Origin: Lingula anatina | Taxonomy: Eukaryota > Animalia > Brachiopoda | Assembly: GCA_051362555.1 (NCBI GenBank) | Contig: CM120644.1 | Coordinates: forward strand, 2,302,954-2,366,953 | Length of the DNA: 64,000 nt | Direction of reading: 5' to 3' | Part shown: positions 12,994-25,367 of the stretch, piece by piece | How positions within the stretch are numbered: position 1 is the stretch's first letter | Layout: each line of letters starts with the position of its first letter | The notes under the pieces: model-generated | Told to the model about the DNA's origin: nothing | The model's input: only the letters and a program-made list of their open reading frames with translations | The model's database searches: none | Made by a program: the position numbers and the translations under genes

Positions 12994-15812
12994 CTAAATA
13001 ACAACTGTACTGCTTTGTGAGGGGTCACATCCAACGTTCAAAAGTCTGGTTACAGAGGTACCGGGCAGGCAAATCTCCCGTTCACATGTTCCCATCCACC
13101 AATAACAACCTTCTTCTCTAGAGATAGTCACCTTGTAACAATATTTCTCAGGGATGTTAGTGACAACGTTATCCATGGAGGTGGCAACGAGGTGTTGTCT
13201 TACCTCTGCTGGCGATGGTTTGTGGTCCAGAGTACTCATGTAGGCAGCGGCGGCACCGGCCACCATGGGGCAAGCCATGGACGTTCCGCTGGATATAGCA
13301 GAACTATCTGGGCTACCTACGTAGGCACTCAGGATGAACTGTCCGGGGGCCCATATGTCCACCCTGGGCCCATAGTTGGAGAAATAGGCCCTGTCGTCAT
13401 TGTCCCACGTTGCCCCGACTGTTATGGCTTCCTCGGCATTGGCGGGTGACGTGAACGATGAAAGTGAGTTATCATTCCCCGCGGCGACAACGACTATAAT
13501 TCCAGCCTCGGTCACCAGCGTGTTGACTAGATCATCGAAAAGGTCTTGCTGCGGTCCCCCTAAGGACATATTGATGATGGACTTTCGTTTTGTCACGTCC
13601 ACTTGATCACGGACCCACTCTAACATTGCCATAATTCCGCTAGTATAACCGCTACCTTCGTCGTTCAATACCTTCACATTGATCAACTTAACATTCTTGG
13701 CAACGCCTGTGGTAATGCCTCCAACGGTCCCTGCAACGTGCGTCCCGTGACCATTAATGTCTGTATCTGACCAACTGGCGTCTGCTTTATTTCCAAATGT
13801 CACCCGACTGCTGTTGTCCTCACGTACAAATTGCTGGTGCTCGGCATAAACCCCAGAGTCAAATATATACACATCGACGTCACTTCCTGTTCCCTTCACG
13901 TTGAACTTGCCGTTAGGCAGTCGCGTTGTCTGGTCGATTCTGTCAAGACCCTGTGTAAGGAAGTAATATCGAATTAAAAAAGGATCAAATATGAAGATAA
14001 ATGAAAAGGCGCCAGATAGGCGTATACTGAAGCATGATTCCCCTCTGAAAATTCATTTACCAAGTCTGCGAATAACCTGAGGTTCGTTTGTGCAGAGTCA
14101 TACAACGAGAAGATACAGAAAATTATTCAACTTTGTTTCTTTTCTTTCGTACATAATATGCACAATGAGAGAGAGAGAGAGAGAGAGAGAAGGAGAGAGA
14201 GCGAGAGAGGGAGAAAGGGGGAACTATGCAATGGGAATTAGTTGGGGAGGCAGGAGGGAAACATGATGCAAAAACTGCATCTAGATCACAGACACACATA
14301 CCCAAACACCGGTATCATAAGACCAACACTGTTTGTCGCCGAGATCCTCTGTTTTATTCTGACAGTCAATCAGGCATGTACAGCCGTCGGCATACACATA
14401 GGTATCCTGGTAAATGACGTCAACAACATCTGTCTGTCTACGAAGTTGTGCAAGGCCCCTGAAGACAATCATCACGTTTACATTCATGTGTTTCTCACAG
14501 GAACCCGACCTGTTTTTTCATAATATTTTATCACATAAATGTTTTCCTGTATCTAAAATACACCCAGCAGTATCCCAGTGGCTAATCTTTACCTATACAA
14601 TTTGCTAACATCCCTATTATAACATTTATTTTGAACTTCTTAAATTTTAAGTAACATATTATTGTTTGAATATAAGAAAAAAAATCCGTTTTTATCTGCT
14701 GTGTTCATGAAACATATGCATATACGTAGTTTACACCACCCTGATCAGCTTTGAAACATTATTTGATGAATTCATATAATCCTAAATACTTACTTATCGG
14801 TTGTCTCGATTGTAAGGAACTTTATTTCCCCTACTTCATGAAGTTTTCCGACTTGCGGCCCCCGACCACGTCTTGTGTTGCCAAAGGCTGTGGTGGTCAT
14901 TTCAGCTTTCAAAGTATTGGTAAAATCTAATGCTATTAAGAATAAAATATAAAAGGCTGAAACAGTTACAAAATACTCTGCATTATACATATGTATTTAT
15001 AAGTGTAACCATAGCCACTTTTAATATACATTTATGTTTAAGAAGCCTCGCATATGCAGTATATGTATATATTTTGTCTATGCGTATAGTTAATGTATAT
15101 GTGTATCGCAATTTAATTAATTCATCGTTTGTTAATATCAAATCATGTAAGTACCGAGATGCAGTATTTTCCACTCTCTATATGTCAAGTTTTGTTTTCA
15201 TAATCTTTACAACAGTTAACTTATTCCCTACAAAAGATTTTATTAATAAACCATCTTACCCTTCCCACGTGAGAGGCCGGTCTTTAATTTTACTATGTAT
15301 GAATCCGGTATTCCAGCACCACCGACGTATCGAATGACTTCAGCTAAGGAAAGCAAATATGTGATATTTAAAGAAAAATGAATACAGAACAGATGAAGTA
15401 ATTAAAGGAAATATACTTTCGAAGAACAGCGGATAATTAAAAGAGACACAATTGTGATAAAAAATTAACATGCAATTAGATCGTGTCTATACAATTACTA
15501 CAGTCAACTAATGAACAATTTATAATGTTTAGCACGTGTCGGGTGTCGCATGAACCGTTTCCAACTCTCACACTCAAAAAATGATAACAAACGTAAGAAC
15601 TGTGGGCATGTTAGGCCACAAAGATAAGTCAATATAATAAACAGAACCTTTAAATCTTACCTCCATTCCTATCTGCAGGTGTCCTCTGTATCTTTCCATA
15701 CTTTCGTTGACTGTGTGGTGGACTTCCCACCATCACCGTGTCCTGGTATATGTGTTTCTCAGAGACCAGTAATGGTAACCAGCAGAATTAACAGCGAGGC
15801 AAATCGTCCCAT
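12994..15812 (-). CDS. Subtilisin-like S8A protease B (unit 1); catalytic exon intact but exon 1 frameshifted (possible pseudogene or leaderless isoform)
   Basis: Exons 15812-15661, 15343-15260 (YIVKLK), 14926-14794, 14458-14302 and 13950-12994. Motifs WGLDRIDQ, DSG, HGTHVAG, NMSLGG, AAGN and SGTSMACPMVAG are canonical. Exon 1 is 152 nt versus 160 nt in the paralog, giving TGA at 15761-15759. The next in-frame ATG is at 15733. Confidence 0.85.
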
Positions 15813-17902
15813 GTTGTGTCTAAACTAGATATATGAAAGCCAATGTATGAAAGTCAATAAATGTACCATAAAGTGTTCCGGGGTCATTGAATGATAGAAG
15901 TTTAAAAACAACACGCGTTTGTGTCTATCTGTATTGTATATTGTATATTTAATATGATAAATTCTGAATGATTTGACATAATCTTGTATAAGAGTCTTTG
16001 GACAGAGGATGTTATGTAAATGCTTATGACGTTAGCTGATTTATGTGACATTACTGCACACCATGGAACGACCAAGTGGTTTTCAGGACGGTGAGGATAT
16101 ATTTTAACATTGAATAGATGAATCAATTAATGTCTAATCTAAAAAGAAAGCAACTTGACTGTACGTCACTGAATGATCATTTTGGATGTCCAGTAGCATA
16201 CAACAGATGGTTCAATTATCTTAGAGAAAAAGAAAATTCAGCTTATTCTCATTCGATTAAAAAAAAGGAGCACTTACTGTATCCAAGTGTAAAACTCTCT
16301 GTCCTGATGTTAAACCCTGGAGAAATGTTCTTTACTGCAAGGACCAACTACATCTGTCGGAAACCCTGAGGTATTATACTTGGACCATGGAGAGTTGAAA
16401 ATTAATGTCCTGTCACTTGTCTCATAAATCATCTGATTACCGGGTACATTGCCCGCTAAGCCTGCGTCTTCTCAAGTATGGCCGGAAAGCGGCCCCACTT
16501 TAATAATATTTTAAAAACAGACTTTTGTGCCTACATATGCCTCCACCGTTTAATTTGTCTGTAATTTTGACTCCAATCTTAATAAAAATTTTCACAAATA
16601 TACCATGAGCGAATCAGGTCCCCACATCTTGTTTAAGGTACAGAGATACCATATGAGGCTTACATACAAGTAATTAAAGTGCAATGTTGCATACGCCACG
16701 AATATGAGACTGTTCCTTAGAAATTATGTCTTAAGCAGTGAAACTGAATCTGTTTGTGAAGCATTGAACAAGTGATCATCATTCGTGTTTAGATGAAATA
16801 ATGAACTCTGTCTTTGGCATAATTGATGTCAAAATTGCACCATTCAAAAGGTTTAAGTGATTTGACGTCACTTGCGTGTTAATATTTTTCGGTCTAGTGT
16901 GATCAAAGCAGTAACACCACCCGTGTGCATCACGTATGATAAACCTACCCTATATAATAAGACCGCCGCTTCTACCAGCAGCACCGATATGGAACAGTAA
17001 ATGTTACACTTTGGGCAGAATTAGACACACTTTTATGCATCAACACCAACTGCTTTCATTCTGTATCAAGGGATATTATATCACAGTTTGTTGTTAACAT
17101 GTTGAACCATAGCTAATATCGTAAGTCTCGACAATGCAGAATCATTGGCATATTATATATTATGCTATTATATCAATATATTTGTTTTAGGATAAAGAAA
17201 AACACTTTAATATGTCCAAATGTTGTGAAATATGCGTTTTCTTATTTCTTGTTGCTATCAAAAATCCAAGAAAATGTAGGTGAGCACAGTAGATTCCGAA
17301 AACCGTACCTAAAATTATTGACGTTGCTAAAAACATATTTGTTTTAGAATCAGCTAGTGTAAAATTAAGTTTAACAGCATTTTTTATGTTTGCACGAAGT
17401 TGTTCTATCAGTCTAATGAATGGATTTTAACAGTTTATGTCAGAAACCTGTATATCCAGCTTGTTTTACTGAAAATGTTCTTAAAAATAGATCACCATCA
17501 AAGAAGCGATGAATTGAGGATACGGATTTTCTTGGAACTCGGGCCTTCGTTGTCATCCGCAACATAAGTGACCTTAAATGACATATTTTCCGCAATAGTA
17601 TGCTGATAAGAGCAGTATGAATTATTAACATATTAATAATGCATTGCATGTACATGTATCTCTGGGGTTAGTTGATTCGACGTGTACATTGTAATTCTAA
17701 GTGCCTGTAAATAAATCTACCCCCCTGTGAATATTTTATAAGGTAGCTCATTCCATTGGGCATAAGGGTAAATACTTATTGATTTGGATAGTAAAACTGT
17801 TGTTGGTATGTAACATTCGTTTTAATCACGCCAATAATGTGTAATAACTATACATTAACCTTCTATCTGATGCTCTCAATTTTGTCTTGGTATCGTGGTG
17901 CT

Positions 17903-19129
17903 TTAAGTGTTAAAATCCAAATCATTTGGAGGAATACAATGTCCGTCAATAAACCACCTGGTCAGCTCGCCCGGCGGGTACCATGTCACCGGTTCACTGG
18001 GGTCGTTTAATTTGGCACATAAGTCACAGTATACCTCTGCCTTCGAATACAGTCCAACATACTGGTTCTTCCACTCTAAATATTTAACATACGCCGTGAC
18101 ATTCATGTCCAAATATTTCAGATAGTCTGCTAAATCTTTGGGAGATTTAAAATCGTTCGTATTGATGTGCCACTCGGGTTTTATTCCAACCCTGGAATAA
18201 TTGGCCGGACCTCTTGTTACCGTCACTATGTCACGATCCAACATTTTCCAAAATTTCTCTGTGATGTAATCCGTTGAGATACTATTCTCAAAGGACAGGT
18301 AAAACTTGTAGTCCCTGTTAATGTTGTCCAAACAGTTTTTATCATCGCGCTTCGAACACTTTAAGGGGCCACACGCACCGTACACGTCAACAGGGATGTA
18401 TTTCTGAAGTTCGGAGACATATCTCTCTCGTTGACTCCGAGTCACACACTTGCTGACCATCCAGGCGACCAATTTAGTTTTGTTGAGCGCCGTTATAGTG
18501 TAATTTTTAGTAAGAGGGGTCGATCGTTTTAGGGCGTAACCATATGGGAAAAATATCGTTGAGTCTCTCCGAAATGTGATGGTCCAATTAAACATCCCCG
18601 CCCAAACACCTCCAACTTCTTTGGAATAACACGAGCTCTCGTGGTTCACCCATACCCAACGCTGTTGTGGCAATTTTCTTGGTTTATCCCCCAAACTTTT
18701 TGCTATAAAAACAATGGCGTCAGCTTCATCAGCTAAAGACTTATCCTCAGTGTAGATACAGTTGTCTATTTTACAGCCAAGGGATTTAAAGACCGGCTTG
18801 GCGTAATCTCTTAGATGCATGTAGTCCAACCTTGGTCTTGGATCCCAGAAAATTACCAGCTTAGGCTTGTTGAGAGGTTTGTCAACTCCTTTTGACAAAT
18901 ACGTGATATTTTGGCTTTCCTGCAATCTATGTTTTGCTGCAGCTTTTCGGTAGGAAATTGATATCCGATTTTGTTCATAAAATTCTGTTAACTTCACAAA
19001 GATGAATAAAGAGAAAATGGATGAAACTATTATGATGACGCTAGTGGCGACGGTGCACAGTGATTTAACACTGCATGAGCTGTGGCCCGTAGTCTTAGAA
19101 AAGACTGATGTGCCTGGTACGGCTCCCAT
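17903..19129 (-). CDS. Alpha-(1,3)-fucosyltransferase, GT10 family, type II membrane protein, 408 aa, single coding exon (unit 1)
   Basis: N-terminal transmembrane anchor (VIIIVSSIFSLFIFV), FNWTITFRRDS, VAWMVSKC and the GT10 signature YKFYLSFENS-x2-DYITEKFW. Confidence 0.93.
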   Translation of the reverse strand: MGAVPGTSVFSKTTGHSSCSVKSLCTVATSVIIIVSSIFSLFIFVKLTEFYEQNRISISYRKAAAKHRLQESQNITYLSKGVDKPLNKPKLVIFWDPRPRLDYMHLRDYAKPVFKSLGCKIDNCIYTEDKSLADEADAIVFIAKSLGDKPRKLPQQRWVWVNHESSCYSKEVGGVWAGMFNWTITFRRDSTIFFPYGYALKRSTPLTKNYTITALNKTKLVAWMVSKCVTRSQRERYVSELQKYIPVDVYGACGPLKCSKRDDKNCLDNINRDYKFYLSFENSISTDYITEKFWKMLDRDIVTVTRGPANYSRVGIKPEWHINTNDFKSPKDLADYLKYLDMNVTAYVKYLEWKNQYVGLYSKAEVYCDLCAKLNDPSEPVTWYPPGELTRWFIDGHCIPPNDLDFNT

Positions 19130-20639
19130 GACTTCAGAGTAATTTTCTCAAGGCGCTTGTATATGAAAATAGAATATATTTTGCAAGAAATTTGAACTGA
19201 AATAATTCCAAACATTCTCTTCATTACTGTTGCTAGATACAATTTCTTTAAACAATACCTGTAGGTGTTGCTATTCTTACCAACGGGTTTTTGAATTTTG
19301 TCGGAGAATCGGGTGTACAGGTGGTGACAAAAGTATTGCATCATTTTGCTGTATGCTTAAAGTGAACAACGTATGGATTTGCTAGGTTTTTCAATTAGTA
19401 TTTTATTGAAAACTGTTTATGTCAAGGCAGTAACATTACTACAGGTTTGCCTATGGTTTGCCCTAGCGTGACGCACGTTATCAATATGCCAGTATTTATA
19501 TGGAGACAACTATTAAAATCCCCAAAGTCTTGACATCATAAATGTCGTCTCTGGCACTGGTCTTCTGCGGTGGTCACCTCGTGGTGAGTTATGGTCATCA
19601 CCAGCGTACCCCATCTTTCTTCAAACTCAAAACACAGTCTGACAAGTCACACCATATCTGTCGTCATTATACAGTGCTTTGAATATGCTCCAGTTTCCTT
19701 ACTTATTAGTTTAGCAAAATGCACGTAGACACCATAGAACAGTCTATGTAATATGAAGAAAAGAAAGAAAATTGAAGCTACAGAACCCCCCCAATACGTA
19801 CCCCATTAATCTTTTAAGTCACCCTCGCTTTTCATCGCAGATACTGGCGCCCGTTCTCTGTTCTTGGGTAAAGACGCTGCACGTAAAACATAATATGGCT
19901 AGTCGTTAAAATGCATATTGTGTTAAGTTATAAATAATGCAGCCACAACCTGACAACATTATGAGGGCATATGCTCAGTTGGATTCAGTTGGTGATATTT
20001 TTTGTCATATCATGCACACATTACATATAGAGAATTAGAGTAAACAATAGTTACTCTCATATAAGGTAAATTGCCCAGTAGCTTGCTATTACGGACGGGG
20101 AGTCGATCCACCGGACATTTAAAAGATGGTGTTGATCGCAAAACCTAGCAGTCAGTGAGTAAAACGTCTACTAAATAATGCAGACCTACGGTCATGGCTC
20201 CGTAACTCAAAAGCATCGCGAATTGCGAATAGCGATATGGGGGTGCTTGTTTGTACAGAGTGGCCCCGTATTAACAAGCAATGAAGGAGTATTATTCAAC
20301 TCTTCATTTGAATATGTCTGAAGACCTCATACATACGGGTGCACATTGACTAAGATGAGAAAATGACATATTTAAATAACAGCAAAAAGAGAAGAGAAAT
20401 AACCTGATGCAGGCGCCAGTTAATGGCATTGAAAGTGACACTATATAATAATTCTGGGTGTTTTAGTGATGAGGTATGGTGATCAAGACGTGTCATCATC
20501 GGCAGTGGACATAACTCCATTTGATAGCCACAGTGAGGTATATTGCTAATGCTTGACAATAAACTCATCTAAAACCCTTGCTGACTCAGTGACTGTATGT
20601 TAAAACAACGTTGATAAATATTGTATATTTGTCGCTACC

Positions 20640-21900
20640 TAATGAAATTGCACATGTTAAACATCGCGGTGTAGTGATGATTGTCAAAGACCAGCGCTTC
20701 AAGATGTTTGTTATCCTTCTGGATATTCTAATTGTCAGTCTGTTCTTATAACATACATGCACTGACAGGTGCTTTACACAGGATGTTTCACTGTGAGTCC
20801 GTGCCCTTCATGTTTTTTATATACCCCACAGAAATAGTCCTACCCACGGCCTAATAAGATATTGCTGCGTGCGAAAGCCAATTCGCCCATCTGTATAAAA
20901 ATTAAGTCATCATTGCAATCAATTGAGCGTGATGGATAAAGAAAGACAAACGACAGAGTCCGCTGATGGCCATGAAAGGTAAGTGGAATTTTGTCAATAA
21001 GGTCGATGAAACAAAGGAGATGAAGCACTTCATTCCTCGAGCGTGCTGAGATCCATGGCACCTTGCGAAAATGAATGACAGAGAAAATTATTTAAACAGA
21101 TATTTCGTTACATAACTATTATGGCGATTTTTATGACCAAGGTAGCTACTTATTCCCTTGGTTCTGTAAGTTATCTGCTATTAAAAGTGCTCTGTGTGAA
21201 CCGGCAATCTCATCGTGCAACCTAAAATCATTCCTAAGGTGCCCTCTATCAAATGATAGTCAAGTGGTTCCCAGATTATTCCTTTACTTGATCTGGTTCA
21301 GGTTTTCATCGATGACTACCATTGGTGTTTTGGCACCAATGTGGTATCCACTCCAAATACTGACACTGTCAAGGTCACTTAAGAAGTGGCACACGTTCCG
21401 TCGTAGGCCTCTTCAGGATGTCTGTTAACTCTGTTTTGACCAGTTTAGCGGTACAGGTGAAGTTTGAAAGAAAGCCACGCGGTTTCAGTGTTCTACCCAG
21501 AAACGGTCATGGTCCCCAATTCATTAGAGAAACAGACTACGCTGCTGTGCTGCTTACAGTGGCTTCCTCAGAGGTCATCTGGTATCTTAACCTGCTGAAA
21601 CCAGTTTGGCGTTCGCTAAGAGCCTTGAAAAACGTGTTTTGGTGACAATTTGCCCCTCATTCAAAACGGACTGGGTGGGTTTGGTTTAATTGCAGCAGCA
21701 TATCCTGAAGGACAGTGAGTCCTGTACCCTGGTGGTAAGACGTCAATGCATTGGGCGTGGTCTCTGTGTAGGTACATCAGTCTGGGCATTACTCTATAAA
21801 ACTGTATAGACCATTCCGTTTGACACAATAATCTGTCTGGCAATGTCTGTGCTTTTCGCACCATTCTGGCACAGCTTAACAATTTTGTAAAGCACTGCTT
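20640..21900 (+). mobile_element. Heavily decayed retroelement pol-like remnant (possibly DIRS-type RT/RNase H)
   Basis: More GC-rich stretch with only faint, frameshifted motif echoes (HNYYGDF ~ YLDDF near 21111, VF-x-DN near 21640, YPGGK...SLCR near 21725). No long ORF. Confidence 0.25.
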
Positions 21901-22236
21901 AACTTATTTTACGCACTGCAAAACCGACCGCTTGCATACAAAATTTCAAATTCTTCTATGCAGTAGTTGCCGATATATGGATACTTTTTTGACAGAACCA
22001 TGCTTCGCCAAAGCCAAGCTTTGACCAGCCCAAAGGAGCACTACCCAATTAAATCACTGCATATTACACAAGGCAACAGAGCAACAGACTTGGTAGTCAA
22101 TTAATTGGCAGCGACACACCTGACTCCACACTTCTCCAGTCAGATGTCTTATATGAGATTTGAATTTTTTGAAAAAAGAACGCATTTTTCCCTAGGTATA
22201 CCTTTAAAACTGAAATATTTCATATTAAATGTCAAG

Positions 22237-22240
<4 letters not shown>
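21900..22240. repeat. Dispersed repeat (DNA-transposon-like) with an inverted copy at ~55040-55395
   Basis: AACCATGCTTCGCCAAAGC...CCCAAAGGAGCACTACCCAATTAAATCACTGCAT appears as its reverse complement at ~55230-55300. The terminal ATTAAATGTCAAGTCTGTATA also recurs at ~55768-55788. Confidence 0.75.

Positions 22241-22307
<67 letters not shown>
22241..22307. repeat. (TA)n microsatellite
   Basis: Perfect dinucleotide run. Confidence 0.95.
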
Positions 22308-22309
<2 letters not shown>

Positions 22310-24139
22310 CCAAAAAGGAATTGGAGTCATTAAATTTCACACTTGCTTACTGCGGCAAATACATGATAATAAGAATGCAATCATTAAGAGATACAAGTAC
22401 TTATGATTCAACTCTGCAAGAGTGATAAATGAAAACAAATTATTCCACTTGGCAGTACGACTGGTAGCTCTCTCTATTTATATGACCCGGTATACATAAA
22501 CGGTGCCCCTAGCTACATCGGCCAGATATTTCTCTTATTCCGCATTTCCTCTTTCTTCCAAAGCCCGTTGTCTTCGTGAATTTTCAGCCAGTCGTCCCAG
22601 CTCTAGCCGCCATACCCACAGTCTGGGATGTATTTCTCTCTTGTAGCCTTGACAACATACCCGCCTGTGAAAGATATAGCGTGAATTACTTACGGGTTGT
22701 GGCTTATCTCTATAATGGGGCGTCCGACTGAGTGTAAATTAACATTTGGAGAATAGTGGAGGATAACCGTAATTACTTGCTGGCTGCGGCTAATACCCTT
22801 TATGGCAATCGTCAGGGATAGCCCGATGGCATACGACTAAGTGTAAATTTAAGAAAAAAATAACATTTGAAGAATAGTGGAGTCAGCCATAACGGCAGAC
22901 TGGCGAATGATAGGTGTTAACAAATATTATCTGGCAAAATTTACCCACGGTATCAGTCGCAAAGTGAAAGCAAAGCGATACAAATTCAATTTTTTAGGTG
23001 TTACCTTGATATAGCTTTTGGGAGGACATTTCCAAATATTTCACCCTCATCGCAAAAATCAAGAATCTACACCGGCTCGTTTTTTTTTTTCGTATGATGT
23101 CATACTGTGTCAGGGGCATCGTGTTTGCTAATCTCGAATGCCTCCCATTACCACCTGTGAGTTCCACGAACGCTGATATCTGTTTACTAAGACTGACACT
23201 TTTTACAACCGAACATTGTTTCTGAGACTTTCATACCTGGCTTGGTGATTCTAATCAGTTCTGGAAGACAGCTGGCATCGACGTTGTTCGCCGCCAAACA
23301 ACCTACAGAGACCACGCAGTCATAATATCCTGCAAATCATTTACAAAATAATTCAGTTTCATTTTATGCTATAGCAAAGACAACTGATAACACCGATCAA
23401 TAAACTTACTTAAAAAGAGCGTTCGTGTATGCACTTAATCTCCCATCCAAATCGTAACGACATGTTCTATCATTATCATGTTAAGATTTAACCAAGGCAT
23501 TGTTTATTAAGTAATGTGTCACTGGAAGTGTTTTTACTTATTTATTAATTTATTTATCTATTTTATTTTATGTTATTTTTTGCAATATTTTTGTCACTTA
23601 TTTACAACTTACAAGGGTGCAATCAATCTCATCCGCAAGTGTGAATCCGATTGTATTCAAATTATATGCCGTTTAAGACCTTTAGGTTAGGCTGCGCATT
23701 CAGTTTACCTGATTCGATATCCAATCGGTTAGGTCCTAACAAATCACAAATACTCCTCTAGTAAATCCATTTCTGACTGGCTATGTTCAACATCTCCTGA
23801 GTTCCATCAAGAGCCTCCAGGTTCGTAGATCCACGTTTTTGAATCTGATGATAAAAATCAACAAATCTGAGTTGAACATTTAAATACACCTCTCAAGTAT
23901 TAAACCAATTATCATTATTCCTCGTGCCGTTTTAAAATTGATCACATTGATCGAGCTGGACGTAACAAGTTTTTACCACAAAAAGAACTGAACCAGGCCT
24001 ACCCAACTACCAGACTCGGCACCTAAGGATCCTGAATTAACCGGTATATCGGGCCACGCTACCCGTTTTCAAGGTGTACGTGTGTCAGATCTCGGCACCT
24101 AAAGATCCTTAAAGATCACAATAGTTTGTGATGTATACG

Positions 24140-24301
24140 CCACACTAATTGGTTGATCCCTACAAAAAAACTGTGAAAGTGTGTAGGATTAGTAGACTGA
24201 CAAACTCATGCAAGGAAAGAAAATTTCAATAAAAAATAAAGAGATGGCACATTAAATCATATGTCCGGGGTCGTTAATGACCCCACTCGGTCACTTGAGG
24301 G
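24140..24301. mobile_element. Terminal fragment of a piggyBac-like non-autonomous element
   Basis: Ends GGTCACTTGAGGG followed by TTAA; same terminal sequence as the element ending at 58423. Confidence 0.55.
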
Positions 24302-24399
24302 TTAAACTAACCAGGAGTGCAAAATACCATAGCAGGTCCCTTTCATCCTTATTTTTATTATTTTGATTAGATCATTATTTGTTGATTTATTGGGACTGG

Positions 24400-25327
24400 G
24401 TATTTAAATATTGAAAGAAGTTCGGATTTAAGATGTAAGCATCAAATAAGTCAAATCTGTGGAGCCTTACCATCGGGACAGGTGGATCAGTATAGTGCCT
24501 GGAAATGGCCTTAGTTTCCTTCACCATGCCCTCCAAATTCCCTTGATTTCTTCTAATGGCCAGACCATAAAGGTTTGCATGGCATCAATGCGTTGTTGAG
24601 TCAAGCGCCCTGCACCCTGCAGACCCTTCCCGTCACTCAATTTTACCCCTGAAAGTAATAATTACAACATTTTGGAAAGAAATCATCCAAGTGAGGGAGG
24701 AAGCTATTAGACAAACGAAGCTGTAAAAGTTTAACCAGAGTAGATTAGCAAAGTATCAAAATATCATAATTTGTCATGCTAATTGTGAATTAAAATTATT
24801 TGGCACTCTCCCCCCCCTCCCCCCCCCCAAAAAAAAAAAAAAAATGACAATACAGTGCATACATCGGTACTATAGAAACTCTTTTGTGTAGTACTAAATT
24901 GCAGTGCTACTGTGACAGATAAAGAACATAAACTACATTTGACAGCAGAAACTGTTTTTCAATATAAAATACCTCTATTTCTCTCTACGAGCCGCCTGAG
25001 ACTGCTTCCCATCCGTTTCTGCGCATGTCCAATACACTCCTCCTTGACCAGCTCAAATTCTGGACTGTAGGGTTGTTCCTGCTGGACACTTCGGAATGCA
25101 GAGCTGTCTCCGTCGCCCACAAACAGGTTGTAACGTAGACTATACGGCTCGATAGACCTACAAAAATGTTATGGTTGAATATATTAAACTTAACAGAACA
25201 TTTTATTAACGATTGATATTACGACTGTACTTTTTTTATATTATTTCATTGACACTTAGATTGTCGCTTTTATCCTTGTATTTTAAATATCTAATGAACC
25301 TATTTGTATGTTGTGACTCTAAATGGA

Positions 25328-25367
<40 letters not shown>

